A stretch of DNA of 64,000 bases from an uncultured Gemmatimonadaceae bacterium (GCA_963751275.1 CAVVTZ010000011.1:288001-352000); one strand, 5' to 3'; positions 52,009 to 62,477 are shown, counted from the first letter of the stretch. Translations and numbers: made by a program. Notes: generated by a model not told the origin, from the letters alone.

Positions 52009-52719
52009 GTGAAGATCTGTAGAGCGATCGTCGCGGCCCTGCTGGTGTCCGGAGGGCGAACCGCCGCGCAGTCGCCCGATCCGATGCCGACGGACTGGGC
52101 CAATCTCGAGAGGTTCCGCGCGGAGAACGCGAGACTCGGGATGCCGCGCCCCGGAGAGGATCGCGTGGTGTTCATGGGGAACTCGATCATCGAGATGTGG
52201 GCCCCGTACTTCAACGCCAGTTTTCCCGGGAAGCCGTACGTGAGGCGCGGCATCGGCGGGCAGACGACCCCGCAGATGCTGATCCGTTTTCGTCAGGACG
52301 TCGTCGCGCTGCGACCCGCGGTGGTCGTCATCCTCGGGGGGACGAATGACATCGCGGGGAACACTGGCCCTTCGACGCTAGAGCTGATCGAGGACAACCT
52401 CGCCTCCATGACCGAACTGGCGCACGCCAATGGGATCCGGGTGGTGCTTTGTTCGGTACTGCCCGTGTACGACTACCCGTGGAGACCGGGGTTGGCGCCG
52501 GCGGAGAAGATCATCGCACTCAACAACTGGCTAAAGTCCTATGCGGCCAGGAGCGGCGCGGTGTACGTGGATTACCACTCAGCGATGGCCGATGAGCGCG
52601 AGGGGATGAGACGGGAACTATCGGATGATGGGGTGCATCCGAACGAGGCCGGCTATCGAGTGATGGCGCCGTTGACCGAGCGAGCGATCGAGGCCGCGCT
52701 CAGTCAGCCGCTCCGATAG
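52009..52719 (+). CDS. SGNH/GDSL hydrolase family protein
   Basis: VVFMGNSI, GIGGQTT, GGTND and DGVHPN blocks. Confidence 0.9.
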   Translation: MKICRAIVAALLVSGGRTAAQSPDPMPTDWANLERFRAENARLGMPRPGEDRVVFMGNSIIEMWAPYFNASFPGKPYVRRGIGGQTTPQMLIRFRQDVVALRPAVVVILGGTNDIAGNTGPSTLELIEDNLASMTELAHANGIRVVLCSVLPVYDYPWRPGLAPAEKIIALNNWLKSYAARSGAVYVDYHSAMADEREGMRRELSDDGVHPNEAGYRVMAPLTERAIEAALSQPLR

Positions 52720-52729
52720 AGGCGGCGCG

Positions 52730-54880
52730 TCACGCTCGCACGATCACGTACGAGGCGATTTCCCCCGGCAGCGGACTCTGCGGGTTCGCGGGAGCGAACT
52801 TCCCCGTTCCCACCGGCGTCTGCAGCGTCTTGTTCGGCAGCCCCGGCACCGTGACCGTGCCGCCGGCGGTCATCCGGCCGGTCGCCGTCGGCACACCGGT
52901 GAATTTCCCGTCCGGGGACCATACGAGATCCGCGATGTGGTACACGGCGTAACGGGTGCCCGGCCGGATCCCGCAATCCCCGAGCTCGATGGCCGCCGCC
53001 TTCGTGTAGTTCACCACGCCGACCGTGGCGAGGATGCCGGTTTCGGTGTACGGACTCGCATTTACTTTGATCATGTTCGACGCCGGCAGCCCCATCTGCA
53101 GTGTGGACTTCATGTCGCCAACGCGATTCCGCCATGGGCCGTGGTCGTTCACGACTTGGTCGAACGCCATGCTCGACTCTCCCTCCACGCCGAAGAGCGT
53201 GTCGAACTTGGGCGGCTGGCCGTCGGGGCGCTCGACGGCGTCGTAATAGCTGTTCGCTCCCCATGCCCAGTGTGTTGGATCGCTCGGCATGCCGGTGTTG
53301 GGCACCACATCCCAGCACCCCACGCTGTCGGAATGCTTCCCCCCTCTTCCGCCATTCACGGTGCCCGTCGCGACGAGCACGTTCCCGCTCAACGATGCGG
53401 CGCGGAACGCGTTCACGGCGCATCCGCCCATGAAGTGGTTGTCCACGACCTTCACGTCGATGTTGTCGTGTGCGCTGTAGCCGATCGACGACTGGCCTCC
53501 CAGCACGCGAACGGAGAACGGCTTCATCGTCAGGTTCCGCTGGAACGTCCCCGCCACGACGGGCTGGCGGAACGAACCCCAGAGGATCGGCGGCGCCCAC
53601 AGGAGGTAATCGCCGATCGCGCCGCCGTGCGCGGGCGACGCGAGGAAGATGTTGTCCAGGAAATCCTGATTCTCGAGATTCCCGTGGTGCGCGTACGAGT
53701 GCACGAGCACGTTGTGGCCATAGGTGTTCCACAGGATGCACGCCTGCACCACCTTCCGGTCCGTACCGTGCGGGTCGGACTGCTCGTAGATGCCGTACCC
53801 GCTCGCGCCGTTGAAGCCGAGCGGATTCCCATTGTTGAAGGAGAGCAGCCCGTAATAGTGGACGCCCCCTTCGTTCGACCCGAAGAGGGAGAAGTTGTTG
53901 GTGCCGTGATTGTCGGAGATCACATGATAGAGATTCGTCGCGATCGCGGCGACGATCTGCACGCCGCCGTCGAGGCACCGGCTCACGCCGTCGAAGCTCC
54001 GGGACGGATCGGAATTGGTGACACGGAATCCGTACAGATCGACGTAGTCGCCTCCCTGCGAGCCGAGCAGGTTCAGCGTGCCCTGGCCCGACTTGATGGG
54101 CTTGCCCGGCACATAGCCATCGAGGATCGCACGGCCGAGCCCTGGGGAATCCTGGATGAGGCGAATGCGCGAAGTGGGAGTGCCCGACACGCGGAAGACG
54201 AAGCCATTCCCGTCCGCGGGCGAGTACACGCCATCGAGCATTCGGATGTCGGTGCCCGGCGGCGCGAAGTCGAGCGCGCGTTGCAGCGCTATGGGCGACG
54301 CGCGTGAACCCTCTCCCGCCGCGCTCCCCTGCGGCGCGACGAAGAGCGGATCGGGCACGGCGGACCAGACCACGACATCGGCAACGGTCTCCGGCACGGC
54401 GGTGGAGCCGGCGAAGCCGATGCGCGTGTTCGCGCCCAGTGCGGGACTCAGCGTGCCGTTGAACACATCGGCCATGAGCCGCGCGGACCACTTGCCTCCG
54501 TCCACGCTCAGGAGGATCGGCATTCCGCTCGACCACTTGGTGGACGGCGCGAGCTTCGTGAATCGTTGTTGCACGCCCTCAACCATTTCGATGAAGCACC
54601 ACACGCCGCTCACATTGTAGAGTTGCGCCCAGTTGTTCTCGTCGCGCATCGCGAAGCGGAAGCGGTAATGCTGCTGGGCGTTGGGGAGTGCGGCGCTCGG
54701 CGTGTAGCAGACCGTATACGTGGCGTGCCCGACCTCGATGCTCGCCAGCGCGTTCGGGGGGAGCGCCAGCGCATTGCCCGCGATCGCCGCGCCGCCGCTC
54801 GCGGACCAGCGTTGTCCCGTGAGCGCGGCGCCGAGCGGTCCGTCGGCGCGATCGAAATCGTCCCGGAGGTATGCGGGCAT
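52730..54880 (-). CDS. 716-aa protein with a lectin-like N-terminal domain and right-handed beta-helix
   Basis: Intact ORF; DDFDRADG start, FVAPQGS...GSRASP/DGVY beta-helix cap, Asn/Gly-rich repeats. Confidence 0.65.
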   Translation of the reverse strand: MPAYLRDDFDRADGPLGAALTGQRWSASGGAAIAGNALALPPNALASIEVGHATYTVCYTPSAALPNAQQHYRFRFAMRDENNWAQLYNVSGVWCFIEMVEGVQQRFTKLAPSTKWSSGMPILLSVDGGKWSARLMADVFNGTLSPALGANTRIGFAGSTAVPETVADVVVWSAVPDPLFVAPQGSAAGEGSRASPIALQRALDFAPPGTDIRMLDGVYSPADGNGFVFRVSGTPTSRIRLIQDSPGLGRAILDGYVPGKPIKSGQGTLNLLGSQGGDYVDLYGFRVTNSDPSRSFDGVSRCLDGGVQIVAAIATNLYHVISDNHGTNNFSLFGSNEGGVHYYGLLSFNNGNPLGFNGASGYGIYEQSDPHGTDRKVVQACILWNTYGHNVLVHSYAHHGNLENQDFLDNIFLASPAHGGAIGDYLLWAPPILWGSFRQPVVAGTFQRNLTMKPFSVRVLGGQSSIGYSAHDNIDVKVVDNHFMGGCAVNAFRAASLSGNVLVATGTVNGGRGGKHSDSVGCWDVVPNTGMPSDPTHWAWGANSYYDAVERPDGQPPKFDTLFGVEGESSMAFDQVVNDHGPWRNRVGDMKSTLQMGLPASNMIKVNASPYTETGILATVGVVNYTKAAAIELGDCGIRPGTRYAVYHIADLVWSPDGKFTGVPTATGRMTAGGTVTVPGLPNKTLQTPVGTGKFAPANPQSPLPGEIASYVIVRA

Positions 54881-54982
54881 GCGGTGTTGGGGATCGAGAC
54901 CGTGGCCGCCAACCCTTCCTTGCCACCTTCCGTATTGTAGCTACTTGCGCGACGGCCCTGACGCCAGCAGGTTCGCACCGCG

Positions 54983-55480
54983 ATGATGTATCTCCTCGTG
55001 ATGGCCGCCGTGTGCGGCGTGAGCTTGTGGTTCGCATCGCGCACGAATCGCGCCGCGAGGGCGCGGCACGACTCGGTCGTGTCCATGCGGCGAGACCTCG
55101 AACTGCTCGCCGAGGCGGACGTCGAGCGTGCGGACCAACTCGTTCAGGCGTACGCCGAGGTGTTGCAGCGCCGGCGGCCGTCGGATCAGCCGCTGCGGCG
55201 GGCGTCGGACCTGCCGGCGTCGAAGGAGCAGATCGGCGCCGCGATGTTCACGGTGGCGCGGTACGCGAGGACGCGGGCCCCGTCGGACTCAAAGGCGATG
55301 GAGACGCTCGTCTCCAACTATTCTCTGCTTGGGGAATTCGTGCCCGACGAGCTGGCGGCGCATGAACTCGCCGACCAGGCATCGATACAGAAGAGCGCCG
55401 CGGAGTGCGCGCGTCGGCGGGAAGAGATCACCGCATTCCTCGCGGAGCCGCCCGGCGGGGCGGCGGAGTCGCGAGCGTAA
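54983..55480 (+). CDS. Hypothetical protein with an N-terminal membrane anchor
   Basis: Hydrophobic N-terminus then helical sequence; followed by a terminator hairpin. Confidence 0.6.
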   Translation: MMYLLVMAAVCGVSLWFASRTNRAARARHDSVVSMRRDLELLAEADVERADQLVQAYAEVLQRRRPSDQPLRRASDLPASKEQIGAAMFTVARYARTRAPSDSKAMETLVSNYSLLGEFVPDELAAHELADQASIQKSAAECARRREEITAFLAEPPGGAAESRA

Positions 55481-55498
55481 CCGGACGGCGGAATGCGA

Positions 55499-55529
55499 GA
55501 ACGACTCCGGCGAGTGGCCGGAGTCGTTC
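55499..55529. terminator. Terminator hairpin between the + gene and the tRNA cluster
   Basis: Stem gaacgactccggc/gccggagtcgttc. Confidence 0.7.
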
Positions 55530-55560
55530 GCTATCGGCGTGCTTCGTGCAGTGTTGTCAG

Positions 55561-55633
55561 TGCGCCCTGAAGGAATCGAACCTTCAACCTAATGATTAAG
55601 AGTCATTTGCTCTGCCAATTGAGCTAAGGGCGC
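55561..55633 (-). tRNA. tRNA-Lys(CTT)
   Basis: Cloverleaf with anticodon loop CTCTTAA. Confidence 0.95.
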
Positions 55634-55654
55634 AAACTGTATTCGTCGTGCACA

Positions 55655-55728
55655 CGCGCCAGGGAGGACTCGAACCTCCGACCCACAGCTTAGAAGGCTG
55701 TTGCTCTATCCACCTGAGCTACTGGCGC
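55655..55728 (-). tRNA. tRNA-Arg(TCT)
   Basis: Cloverleaf with anticodon loop CTTCTAA. Confidence 0.95.
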
Positions 55729-55774
55729 CTTCCCTCGATCGCGTGATCTTGTCACTCGCTTCACCGGCAAGAGG

Positions 55775-55848
55775 TCGGGGCGGCCGGATTCGAACCGGCG
55801 ACCTCCTGCTCCCAAAGCAGGCGCGCTACCAGGCTACGCTACGCCCCG
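55775..55848 (-). tRNA. tRNA-Pro(TGG)
   Basis: CGGGGCG acceptor stem with anticodon loop TTTGGGA. Confidence 0.95.
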
Positions 55849-55884
55849 CGAGTCGCAACAAGCTATCGGGTAAAACGCGCTCGG

Positions 55885-56511
55885 TCAACCGGAGCGCGCG
55901 CCTTCGTGCATCGCGCGCACCAACGCCGCGAAGGCGCGGCCGCGATGGCTCACACGCTCCTTCGACACGCGATCCGCTTCGCCGAAGGTGACGCCCAGAT
56001 CATCGGAAAGGAAATACGGATCGTAGCCGAAGCCGCCGATGCCCACCGGCGTCTCGACGATGACGCCCGACGTTTCGCCGCGGCACACGAACTCCCTCTT
56101 CCCATCGGCGAACGCGGCGGCGCACACGTAGTGCGCGCTCCAGTCGGCCTTGTCCGCAAGCTCGCGCAGGAGCTTGGCGTTGTTCGCGTCGTCGAGCTCC
56201 TGCCCGGTGAGTTCCTTGCGTCCGCTCCAGCGTTTACTCCGCACGCCGGGCGCGCCGCCGAGCGCATGCACGGCGAGCCCGGAGTCATCGGCGACGACCG
56301 GGAGCCCGCCGCCGAGCGGCTGGAAGTAGCGCACCTTGGCGAGCGCGTTCTCCTCGAACGTGTCGTACGCCTCGATCAGCTCCTCGTCCGGCGACTCGGC
56401 GATCCCCGCCTGCGTGAGCGTGAGCGCCTCGAATCCCGCCTCCTCGAACAACGGCTCGAGCTCCCGCAGCTTGCCCGCGCTGCGCGTGGCGAGGAGGAGC
56501 CGGCGCGTCAC
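55885..56511 (-). CDS. rdgB: Non-canonical purine NTP pyrophosphatase (Ham1 family)
   Basis: ENALAK, ADDSGL, GFGYDP and SHRGRA. Confidence 0.95.
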   Translation of the reverse strand: MTRRLLLATRSAGKLRELEPLFEEAGFEALTLTQAGIAESPDEELIEAYDTFEENALAKVRYFQPLGGGLPVVADDSGLAVHALGGAPGVRSKRWSGRKELTGQELDDANNAKLLRELADKADWSAHYVCAAAFADGKREFVCRGETSGVIVETPVGIGGFGYDPYFLSDDLGVTFGEADRVSKERVSHRGRAFAALVRAMHEGARSG

Positions 56512-57236
56512 CGCGCGAGCGCCGTGGCCTGCGCGGCGAGGAGCTGCCGGATGCCCCGCTCCGCGAGCACGGTGAGTCCGTCCATCGCGGCGCGGTCGAA
56601 GGTGCCGTGTTCGCCGGTGCCCTGCACTTCGACGAAGCGGTGCTCGCTGGTCATCACGACGTTCATGTCCACGTCGGCGCGCACGTCTTCGGTGTACTCG
56701 AGATCGAGGCGCGTCTCCGCGCCGATCATCCCGACGCTCACCGCCGCCACGCGGCGCCGCACCGGCGTCTTCGCGATCGACCCGCGCTTCACCAGCCAGT
56801 CGAAGGCATCGACCACCGCGACGCAGGCGCCGGTGATCGACGCGGTGCGCGTGCCGCCGTCGGCCTGCAGCACATCGCAGTCCACCTTGACCGTGTACTC
56901 GCCGAACTTGAAGTCGTCGAGCATCGCGCGCAGGCTGCGGCCGATCAACCGCTGGATCTCTTGCGTGCGGCCGCCGAGTTGCGCGCGCTCGCGCGCGGTC
57001 CGCGTGTGCGTGGCGCGCGGGAGCATCGCGTACTCGGCGGTGAGCCAGCCTTCCCCCTTGCCGCGCTTCCAGCCGGGCACGCCTTCCTCCACGCTCGCGG
57101 TGCAGAGCACGCGCGTCGAGCCGAACGCGATCAGGCAGGATCCCTCGGCGTTGGGTGCGGCGCCGCGCTCGAGCGTCACCGGGCGAAGGGCATTGTTCGC
57201 GCGGCCGGCGCGCGGAGCATCGTTAGCGCTGGTCAC
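56508..57236 (-). CDS. rph: Ribonuclease PH
   Basis: [36 protein letters not shown] and EVQGTGE. Confidence 0.96.
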   Translation of the reverse strand: MTSANDAPRAGRANNALRPVTLERGAAPNAEGSCLIAFGSTRVLCTASVEEGVPGWKRGKGEGWLTAEYAMLPRATHTRTARERAQLGGRTQEIQRLIGRSLRAMLDDFKFGEYTVKVDCDVLQADGGTRTASITGACVAVVDAFDWLVKRGSIAKTPVRRRVAAVSVGMIGAETRLDLEYTEDVRADVDMNVVMTSEHRFVEVQGTGEHGTFDRAAMDGLTVLAERGIRQLLAAQATALAR

Positions 57237-57714
57237 GGAGCTTCTCGATGATGGAGGTAGTGGACTGCCCGGGCGTGAGCGGGATGATCTTGACGGAGCC
57301 GCCCCACGATTCGACCTCGCGGCGGCCGACGACGGTGTCGGGGGCGTAGTCGCCGCCCTTCACGATGATGTCGGGGCGCAGCGCGACGATCAGCTCGAGC
57401 GGCGTGTCCTGCTCGAAGACGGCCACCGCGTCCACCGACTCGAGCGCGCCGAGCACGAGCGCGCGCTCGACGGCGGTTCGCACGGGGCGGCCGGGACCCT
57501 TGAGGCGCCGCACGGAGCCATCGCTGTTGACGCCGACGATGAGCGCGTCGCCGGCCGCGCGCGCCGCGGCGAGCACGTCGACGTGACCGGGATGGAGGAG
57601 ATCGAAGACGCCGTTGGTGAAGACCACCTTGCCGCGCACGCCGTCGCGCCAACGTCGGGCGGCGGCCCACGACATCACTTTCCCTGCCGGCGCGCGCGGC
57701 GCGACGGGCGTCAG
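57223..57714 (-). CDS. rfaE2: D-glycero-beta-D-manno-heptose 1-phosphate adenylyltransferase (start uncertain)
   Basis: [25 protein letters not shown] and STTSII. Confidence 0.92.
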   Translation of the reverse strand: MTPVAPRAPAGKVMSWAAARRWRDGVRGKVVFTNGVFDLLHPGHVDVLAAARAAGDALIVGVNSDGSVRRLKGPGRPVRTAVERALVLGALESVDAVAVFEQDTPLELIVALRPDIIVKGGDYAPDTVVGRREVESWGGSVKIIPLTPGQSTTSIIEKLRDQR

Positions 57715-58073
57715 AACACCCTCTCCACGTGCGGAGTCAGTTCGACCTCCTTCACGAAGCCGGGGAGTTCGATCGTCTCGATGTAATCGACCCAGATCCA
57801 GATCTGGTTGCCCTTGCGGCGGATCTGCAGCTTCTTGGCGGCCTCGGGGAGGTCGAGCGAGTCGGCCTTGGCGCGCAGATGCGTGAGGATCAGGTCGTTC
57901 GGCGTGTGCGCGGCGAAACGCGCCTGCTGGTCCATCGCATCCTGATACTCGTAGAACCGGAGCGCGACGACGCCGATGTTCCAGGCGAAGTAGCAGGCGG
58001 CAGCAAAGATGAGCAGGGTCAAGAGACAGCCGAGCCGCACCTTGCCGGGGCGGAGCCGCATACGTGTCACCAT
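57711..58073 (-). CDS. Small membrane-anchored protein (DUF4845/pilin-like)
   Basis: Basic N-terminus, then G, then a hydrophobic helix; overlaps both neighbours. Confidence 0.65.
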   Translation of the reverse strand: MVTRMRLRPGKVRLGCLLTLLIFAAACYFAWNIGVVALRFYEYQDAMDQQARFAAHTPNDLILTHLRAKADSLDLPEAAKKLQIRRKGNQIWIWVDYIETIELPGFVKEVELTPHVERVF

Positions 58074-58561
58074 TGCGATTGCGCTCCCGCGACAATGTCA
58101 TTGACGATCTTCGTGACGGCGTCCTTGCGGCCGCCCGCCTCGTCCCGCTCCGAATAATCGGCGACGCCCACAAGTCCCTTGCGCGACCAGATCACGCGGC
58201 CGGTGGTCTGGTCGAGGATCTCGACGTCCACCGTGATGCGCAATTCGCGCTGGGCGGAGGTGGAGTTCGGCGACGCCGAGTACGCGACGGGTATCCCGGT
58301 GTCGAAGCGCGTGATCCGGCCGCGCACGATCGCGTCGGCGCGGTTCTCGGACGCGGGATGCAGGCCGAGGCGCGAGACGATCTGCGTCGAGAGCAAGGTG
58401 TTCAGCTCGCTCTGCAAGGCGGGCGATGGCGTGTCGTTGTCGAAGGGGATGACCGCGATCGTCTTGATCTTGGGCGGCAGACCGCCGCCGGCGAAGCCAT
58501 AGTTGCAGCCGCCGAGCGCCAGAATGGCGACGAGGAGCGCGCTAGCGCCAGATCGAAGCAT
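58067..58561 (-). CDS. lptE: LPS assembly lipoprotein LptE family
   Basis: Lipobox LGGC-NYGF, IKTIAVIPFDNDT, ADAIVRGRI and C-terminal W. Confidence 0.78.
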   Translation of the reverse strand: MLRSGASALLVAILALGGCNYGFAGGGLPPKIKTIAVIPFDNDTPSPALQSELNTLLSTQIVSRLGLHPASENRADAIVRGRITRFDTGIPVAYSASPNSTSAQRELRITVDVEILDQTTGRVIWSRKGLVGVADYSERDEAGGRKDAVTKIVNDIVAGAQSQW

Positions 58562-59180
58562 CGAAGGGCGGAAGGGAATCGATCCGTTTCACGGTGAGCT
58601 CGAGCGTCCGCTCGGGGTGCACGGAATGGAAGCGCACCGTGGCGCCCGGCACGCGCGCGAGGGACTGCGGGATGCGCCCGTCATCGATCCGGTCGAGGCG
58701 GACGAGCTCAGCACCCCAGAAGGCGGCTCGCCAGGTATCATGCCCTGCAATCTCAATGCGGAGCGTGTCAGAGTCAACGCGGGCGGCGGTGTCGGCGGCC
58801 GGCGGGGCCCGGAGCACGCCCATCGCCGCCCAGACGAACGGCATCGCGGGGATCATCCGCCGCGTCACCGCGGGGCGCGCGGCCACCAGTGAATCGCCGA
58901 TGACGACGGCTTCCCCGACGGACTCGTTGCGGATGAAGAAGTCGAGGCGGATGGAGTCCGGCGACGCGGTGCGCGCGACCGCCTCCCCGGTGAGCGCCAC
59001 GTCCTGGTCGTCGTACGTGAACTGGAAGACGGTCTTGAGGTGGCCGGCCGCGAGCGAGGGCGCCGGCAGCCGGGCCGGCACGGGCGCACCGGAGAAGAGC
59101 GGCGCGCGGGGGCTGCACGCCGCGGCGAGCGCCGCGACCGCGAGCGCGGTGGCGAGCGAGCGCCGCGGGCGCGCCGTCAC
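58542..59180 (-). CDS. Hypothetical lipoprotein
   Basis: Lipobox LAAAC followed by a beta-rich body. Confidence 0.65.
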   Translation of the reverse strand: MTARPRRSLATALAVAALAAACSPRAPLFSGAPVPARLPAPSLAAGHLKTVFQFTYDDQDVALTGEAVARTASPDSIRLDFFIRNESVGEAVVIGDSLVAARPAVTRRMIPAMPFVWAAMGVLRAPPAADTAARVDSDTLRIEIAGHDTWRAAFWGAELVRLDRIDDGRIPQSLARVPGATVRFHSVHPERTLELTVKRIDSLPPFDASIWR

Positions 59181-61180
59181 TCCGGCACGCTCACCGAGAC
59201 GATCGCGTCGCCCTGCACCGTCGCGTCCAGTGGTCCGTAGCCATCGACGACGCGGCCGAACGCCGTGTAGCCCGCGTCGAGGTGCGGCTGGAAGGAGAGG
59301 GTGATGTAGTACTGGCTGCCGCCGGTATCCGGCCCGGAGAGCGCCATGCCGAGCACGCCGCGCTCGTAGGAGATGCGGTTCAATTCATCGCGGATCGCGT
59401 AGCCCGGCCCGCCGCTGCCGTCACCGCGGCGGTCGCCGTCCTGCGCCACGAAGTTCGGCACCACACGATGCCAGTGCGTGTTCGAGTAATAGCCGGCACG
59501 CGCCAGCGTCAGGAAGTTGTTCACCGTGAGCGGCGCATCCACGGGCGCGAGCTGCAGCGTGATCACACCGCGCGCCGTCGCGATCCGTACGCGCGGCGAG
59601 GTGCCGCGCAATCCGGGGAGCACCAGCGCGTTCACGACCCCCTCGTACCACCCGAGCGGCGGCGCGGCCGCGGGCCGCGCGGCGGTCCAAGCGGCGAGCA
59701 GCGCGAAGCCCTCGGCCGCCTCGCGCGAGGCCTGGTCGGGCGGAACCGGGAGCGCGCGGATGGCGGCGCGCAGCGAATCGGAGAACTGCGCGCTGTCGCG
59801 CTTCCAGACGGCCGTGAGGAACGCGACGGTCGCGAGGCGCGCGTCGTTCCCGGAGTCCTTCGCCGAGAGCGCGTAGCTCCGCACGACGAGCGCGGCTTCC
59901 TGTGACGTGCCGTGATCCTCGAGCGCGCCGATCGCCACCGAGCGCACGACATTGTCCGGATCGTGCAGCGCGAAATACATGAATTCGCGGCGCCAAGCGT
60001 GGCCGCCGGCGGAGTCGATCCAGGGCGCGATGGCCGAGTATGCGGCGCTGCGGACGCGCGCGTCGGGGTCGCGCGCGAGCGGCAGCGAGATGTCCCGCAT
60101 CCGCTGGATGTTCCTGGACGCGCCGCCCGCGTCGGCCACGGCGGCGCGATAGCGCCAGTCGCCGAGGTGGCGCCAGCCATCGGGATTGTCCGGCTCGGCG
60201 GCCTCGAGCACGACCTCATCGCTCAGCGCGCGGATCAGGACTTCGCGGCGGAAGACGAACGCGGTGTCCGCGTTCCACGCCTGGTTCCAGATGGCGCGCG
60301 GCGCGCCGGCGAGCACCGTCCCGAGCGCCTGCGCCGCGGTGAGGCGCACGTTCGCATCGGGATCGTGCAGCGCGGCCATCACCGCGTCGCGCGCTGCGAC
60401 GCCGTAGGTGCCGAGGGCGCGCAGCGCGTTCACGCGCACCGGCGCCGATGGATCGTGCGCGAGCGAGTCGAGCGCCGGGAGCGCGAGCGCGGCGAGCGAG
60501 TCGCCCGCCGCCTGGTGGGAGAGCGCGCGGGCGACGATCGAGCGGACGCCGGCATCGGGGTCGCGCGCGAGTGGGAGCACCGCGCGGACGCCGGCGGCGG
60601 CGTACGGGCGCGCGATGGCGTACACCGCGGCCCAGCGCACCGAGGCGCTGCTGTCGCCGAGCCACGGCACGACGAGCGCGACGGGCACCGGCTTGAGGCG
60701 CGCCGCCGCGATGAGCAGCGCGGCGTTCACGGCCGCTGCGCGCGGCGCGCGGCGCGCGAGCGCGGTATCGATCGCTCCGCCCGCGGGCGCGCCGATCGCG
60801 CCGAGCGACCACGCGGCTTGCGCGGCGACGGTGGGCGCGGCGTCGAGCGCGCGGGCGAGCGTGGACACGGCGAGGGAGTCCTTGAGCAAGCCCAGCGAGA
60901 AGGCGGCGTTGGCCGCCAGCGCCGTGTCGCGATCGCCGAGCAGCGCGCGGAGTTCCGGCGCCAGCGAGGCGCCGTGCACCTGGCCAATGGCGCGCGCGGC
61001 CGCCGCGCGTTCCGCCGGCGAGCCCGACCGCAGGATCCCGAGCACGAGCCCGGTGTCGAGACGGCGCGCATCGGCCATCTGCAGCAGACGTGCGTAGCGC
61101 GCAGCGTCCACTGTCTGCGCGCCGGCGACGCCGGCGGCGAGCACCACGAGCGCGGCCGCGACCGCGATCCTACGGCGCAT
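59177..61180 (-). CDS. Secreted HEAT-repeat protein with a C-terminal cyclophilin-type PPIase
   Basis: HEAT repeats (DPDAGVR), then APLTVNNF, HRVVPNFVAQDGD, DTGGSQ and YTAFGRV. Confidence 0.9.
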   Translation of the reverse strand: MRRRIAVAAALVVLAAGVAGAQTVDAARYARLLQMADARRLDTGLVLGILRSGSPAERAAAARAIGQVHGASLAPELRALLGDRDTALAANAAFSLGLLKDSLAVSTLARALDAAPTVAAQAAWSLGAIGAPAGGAIDTALARRAPRAAAVNAALLIAAARLKPVPVALVVPWLGDSSASVRWAAVYAIARPYAAAGVRAVLPLARDPDAGVRSIVARALSHQAAGDSLAALALPALDSLAHDPSAPVRVNALRALGTYGVAARDAVMAALHDPDANVRLTAAQALGTVLAGAPRAIWNQAWNADTAFVFRREVLIRALSDEVVLEAAEPDNPDGWRHLGDWRYRAAVADAGGASRNIQRMRDISLPLARDPDARVRSAAYSAIAPWIDSAGGHAWRREFMYFALHDPDNVVRSVAIGALEDHGTSQEAALVVRSYALSAKDSGNDARLATVAFLTAVWKRDSAQFSDSLRAAIRALPVPPDQASREAAEGFALLAAWTAARPAAAPPLGWYEGVVNALVLPGLRGTSPRVRIATARGVITLQLAPVDAPLTVNNFLTLARAGYYSNTHWHRVVPNFVAQDGDRRGDGSGGPGYAIRDELNRISYERGVLGMALSGPDTGGSQYYITLSFQPHLDAGYTAFGRVVDGYGPLDATVQGDAIVSVSVPE

Positions 61181-61593
61181 CGCCCGCCTCGCGCGCGAGC
61201 CGCGCGCGGACTTCCGGTGGGAACGCGCGCACGCGGCCGTCATCGTCGAGCGAGATGAGCGTCGTGCTCACCGTCGCGAGCTTCACTCCGGTCGCGGCGT
61301 TCAGCACGGTGTAATCGAACACCAGCGTACGCGAGGTCACGCGCGAGAGCACGGTCTCGACACGGATCATGTCGTCGTAGCGTGCCGAGGCCATGTAGCG
61401 GAGCGACGCCTCCGACACGGCGAGCGTGATCCCCTGCTCTTCCATCTCGCGGTACGACGTGCCCATGCCGCGGATGTGATCGGTGCGCCCGATCTCGCAC
61501 CAGAATGAGATAATTCGCGTGGTATGCGACGCCCATCTGATCGGTCTCCGCGTAGCGCACGCGGAATTCGACGGACGACACGCGAGGGGGCAC
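61170..61593 (-). CDS. Acyl-CoA thioesterase, YbgC/4HBT family (indel near 61505)
   Basis: RVRYAETDQMGVAYHANYL followed by CEIGRT and ARYDD in a second frame. Confidence 0.88.
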
Positions 61594-61688
61594 GAACGCG
61601 GCTCCGGTGGCTCGGGGGGAGGGATGCGAAAAAGTTCGACGGCCGCGCGCGGTTTGTAAAGAGCGCGCGCGAACGCTAGAATGTCCCC

Positions 61689-62477
61689 ATGCTGCCATCG
61701 CCCTGTTACGTGATCTCCGACGCCCATTTGGGCGCCGGCGACGTGGAGCTCGAACGGCGGCTCGTCGGCTTCCTGCGCGAGCTGCCCGGGCGCGCCGGTT
61801 CGCTGCTCATCAATGGCGACCTGTTCGACTTCTGGTTCGAGTGGCGCACGGTGATCCCGCGCGGCCATTTCCGCACGCTCGCGGCACTCGGCGATCTCGT
61901 GGATGCGGGCGTGCCGGTCACGATGCTCGCCGGGAACCACGATTGCTGGGGAGGCAATGTGCTCACGGGCGAGGTGGGGATCGACTATCGCGTGAGCGGA
62001 TGGTCGGGGGAGATCGCGGGCTGGCAGACCACGATCGAGCACGGCGACGGGCTGCGCGAGGTGGAAGACCGTCCCTACCGCCGTTTACGCCGCGTGCTCC
62101 GGCACCCGTGGGCGATCAAAGCGTTCCGCTGGATCCATCCCGACATCGGCAGCAAGCTCGCTCACGGATCGTCCGGCGCGAGCCGCGATCACCGCGCGCG
62201 CGACGGGGGATCGGGCCTGCAGTCCGTGGCCTTGGAGCATCTCGCGCAGCATCCGCGCACCCAGCTGCTGATCTATGGGCACTCGCACGTGCCCGCGCTG
62301 GTGCGCGCGCCGTCGGGGAGCGTGTACGCGAATCCGGGCGCCTGGATGGATGCGCCCACGTATCTCTGCATCACACCGGACCGCGTCGAGCTGCGGCGGT
62401 GGCGCCCTGGATCAGCCGAGAGTGACCTTCTCCACGCGGCCGACCGCGTCGCCGAGGAAGCGCTGCCCCACTCGTAG
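61689..62477 (+). CDS. lpxH: UDP-2,3-diacylglucosamine diphosphatase (LpxH-like)
   Basis: ISDAHLG, GDLFDFWFE, GNHD, HGD, GHSH and NPGAW. Confidence 0.88.
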   Translation: MLPSPCYVISDAHLGAGDVELERRLVGFLRELPGRAGSLLINGDLFDFWFEWRTVIPRGHFRTLAALGDLVDAGVPVTMLAGNHDCWGGNVLTGEVGIDYRVSGWSGEIAGWQTTIEHGDGLREVEDRPYRRLRRVLRHPWAIKAFRWIHPDIGSKLAHGSSGASRDHRARDGGSGLQSVALEHLAQHPRTQLLIYGHSHVPALVRAPSGSVYANPGAWMDAPTYLCITPDRVELRRWRPGSAESDLLHAADRVAEEALPHS

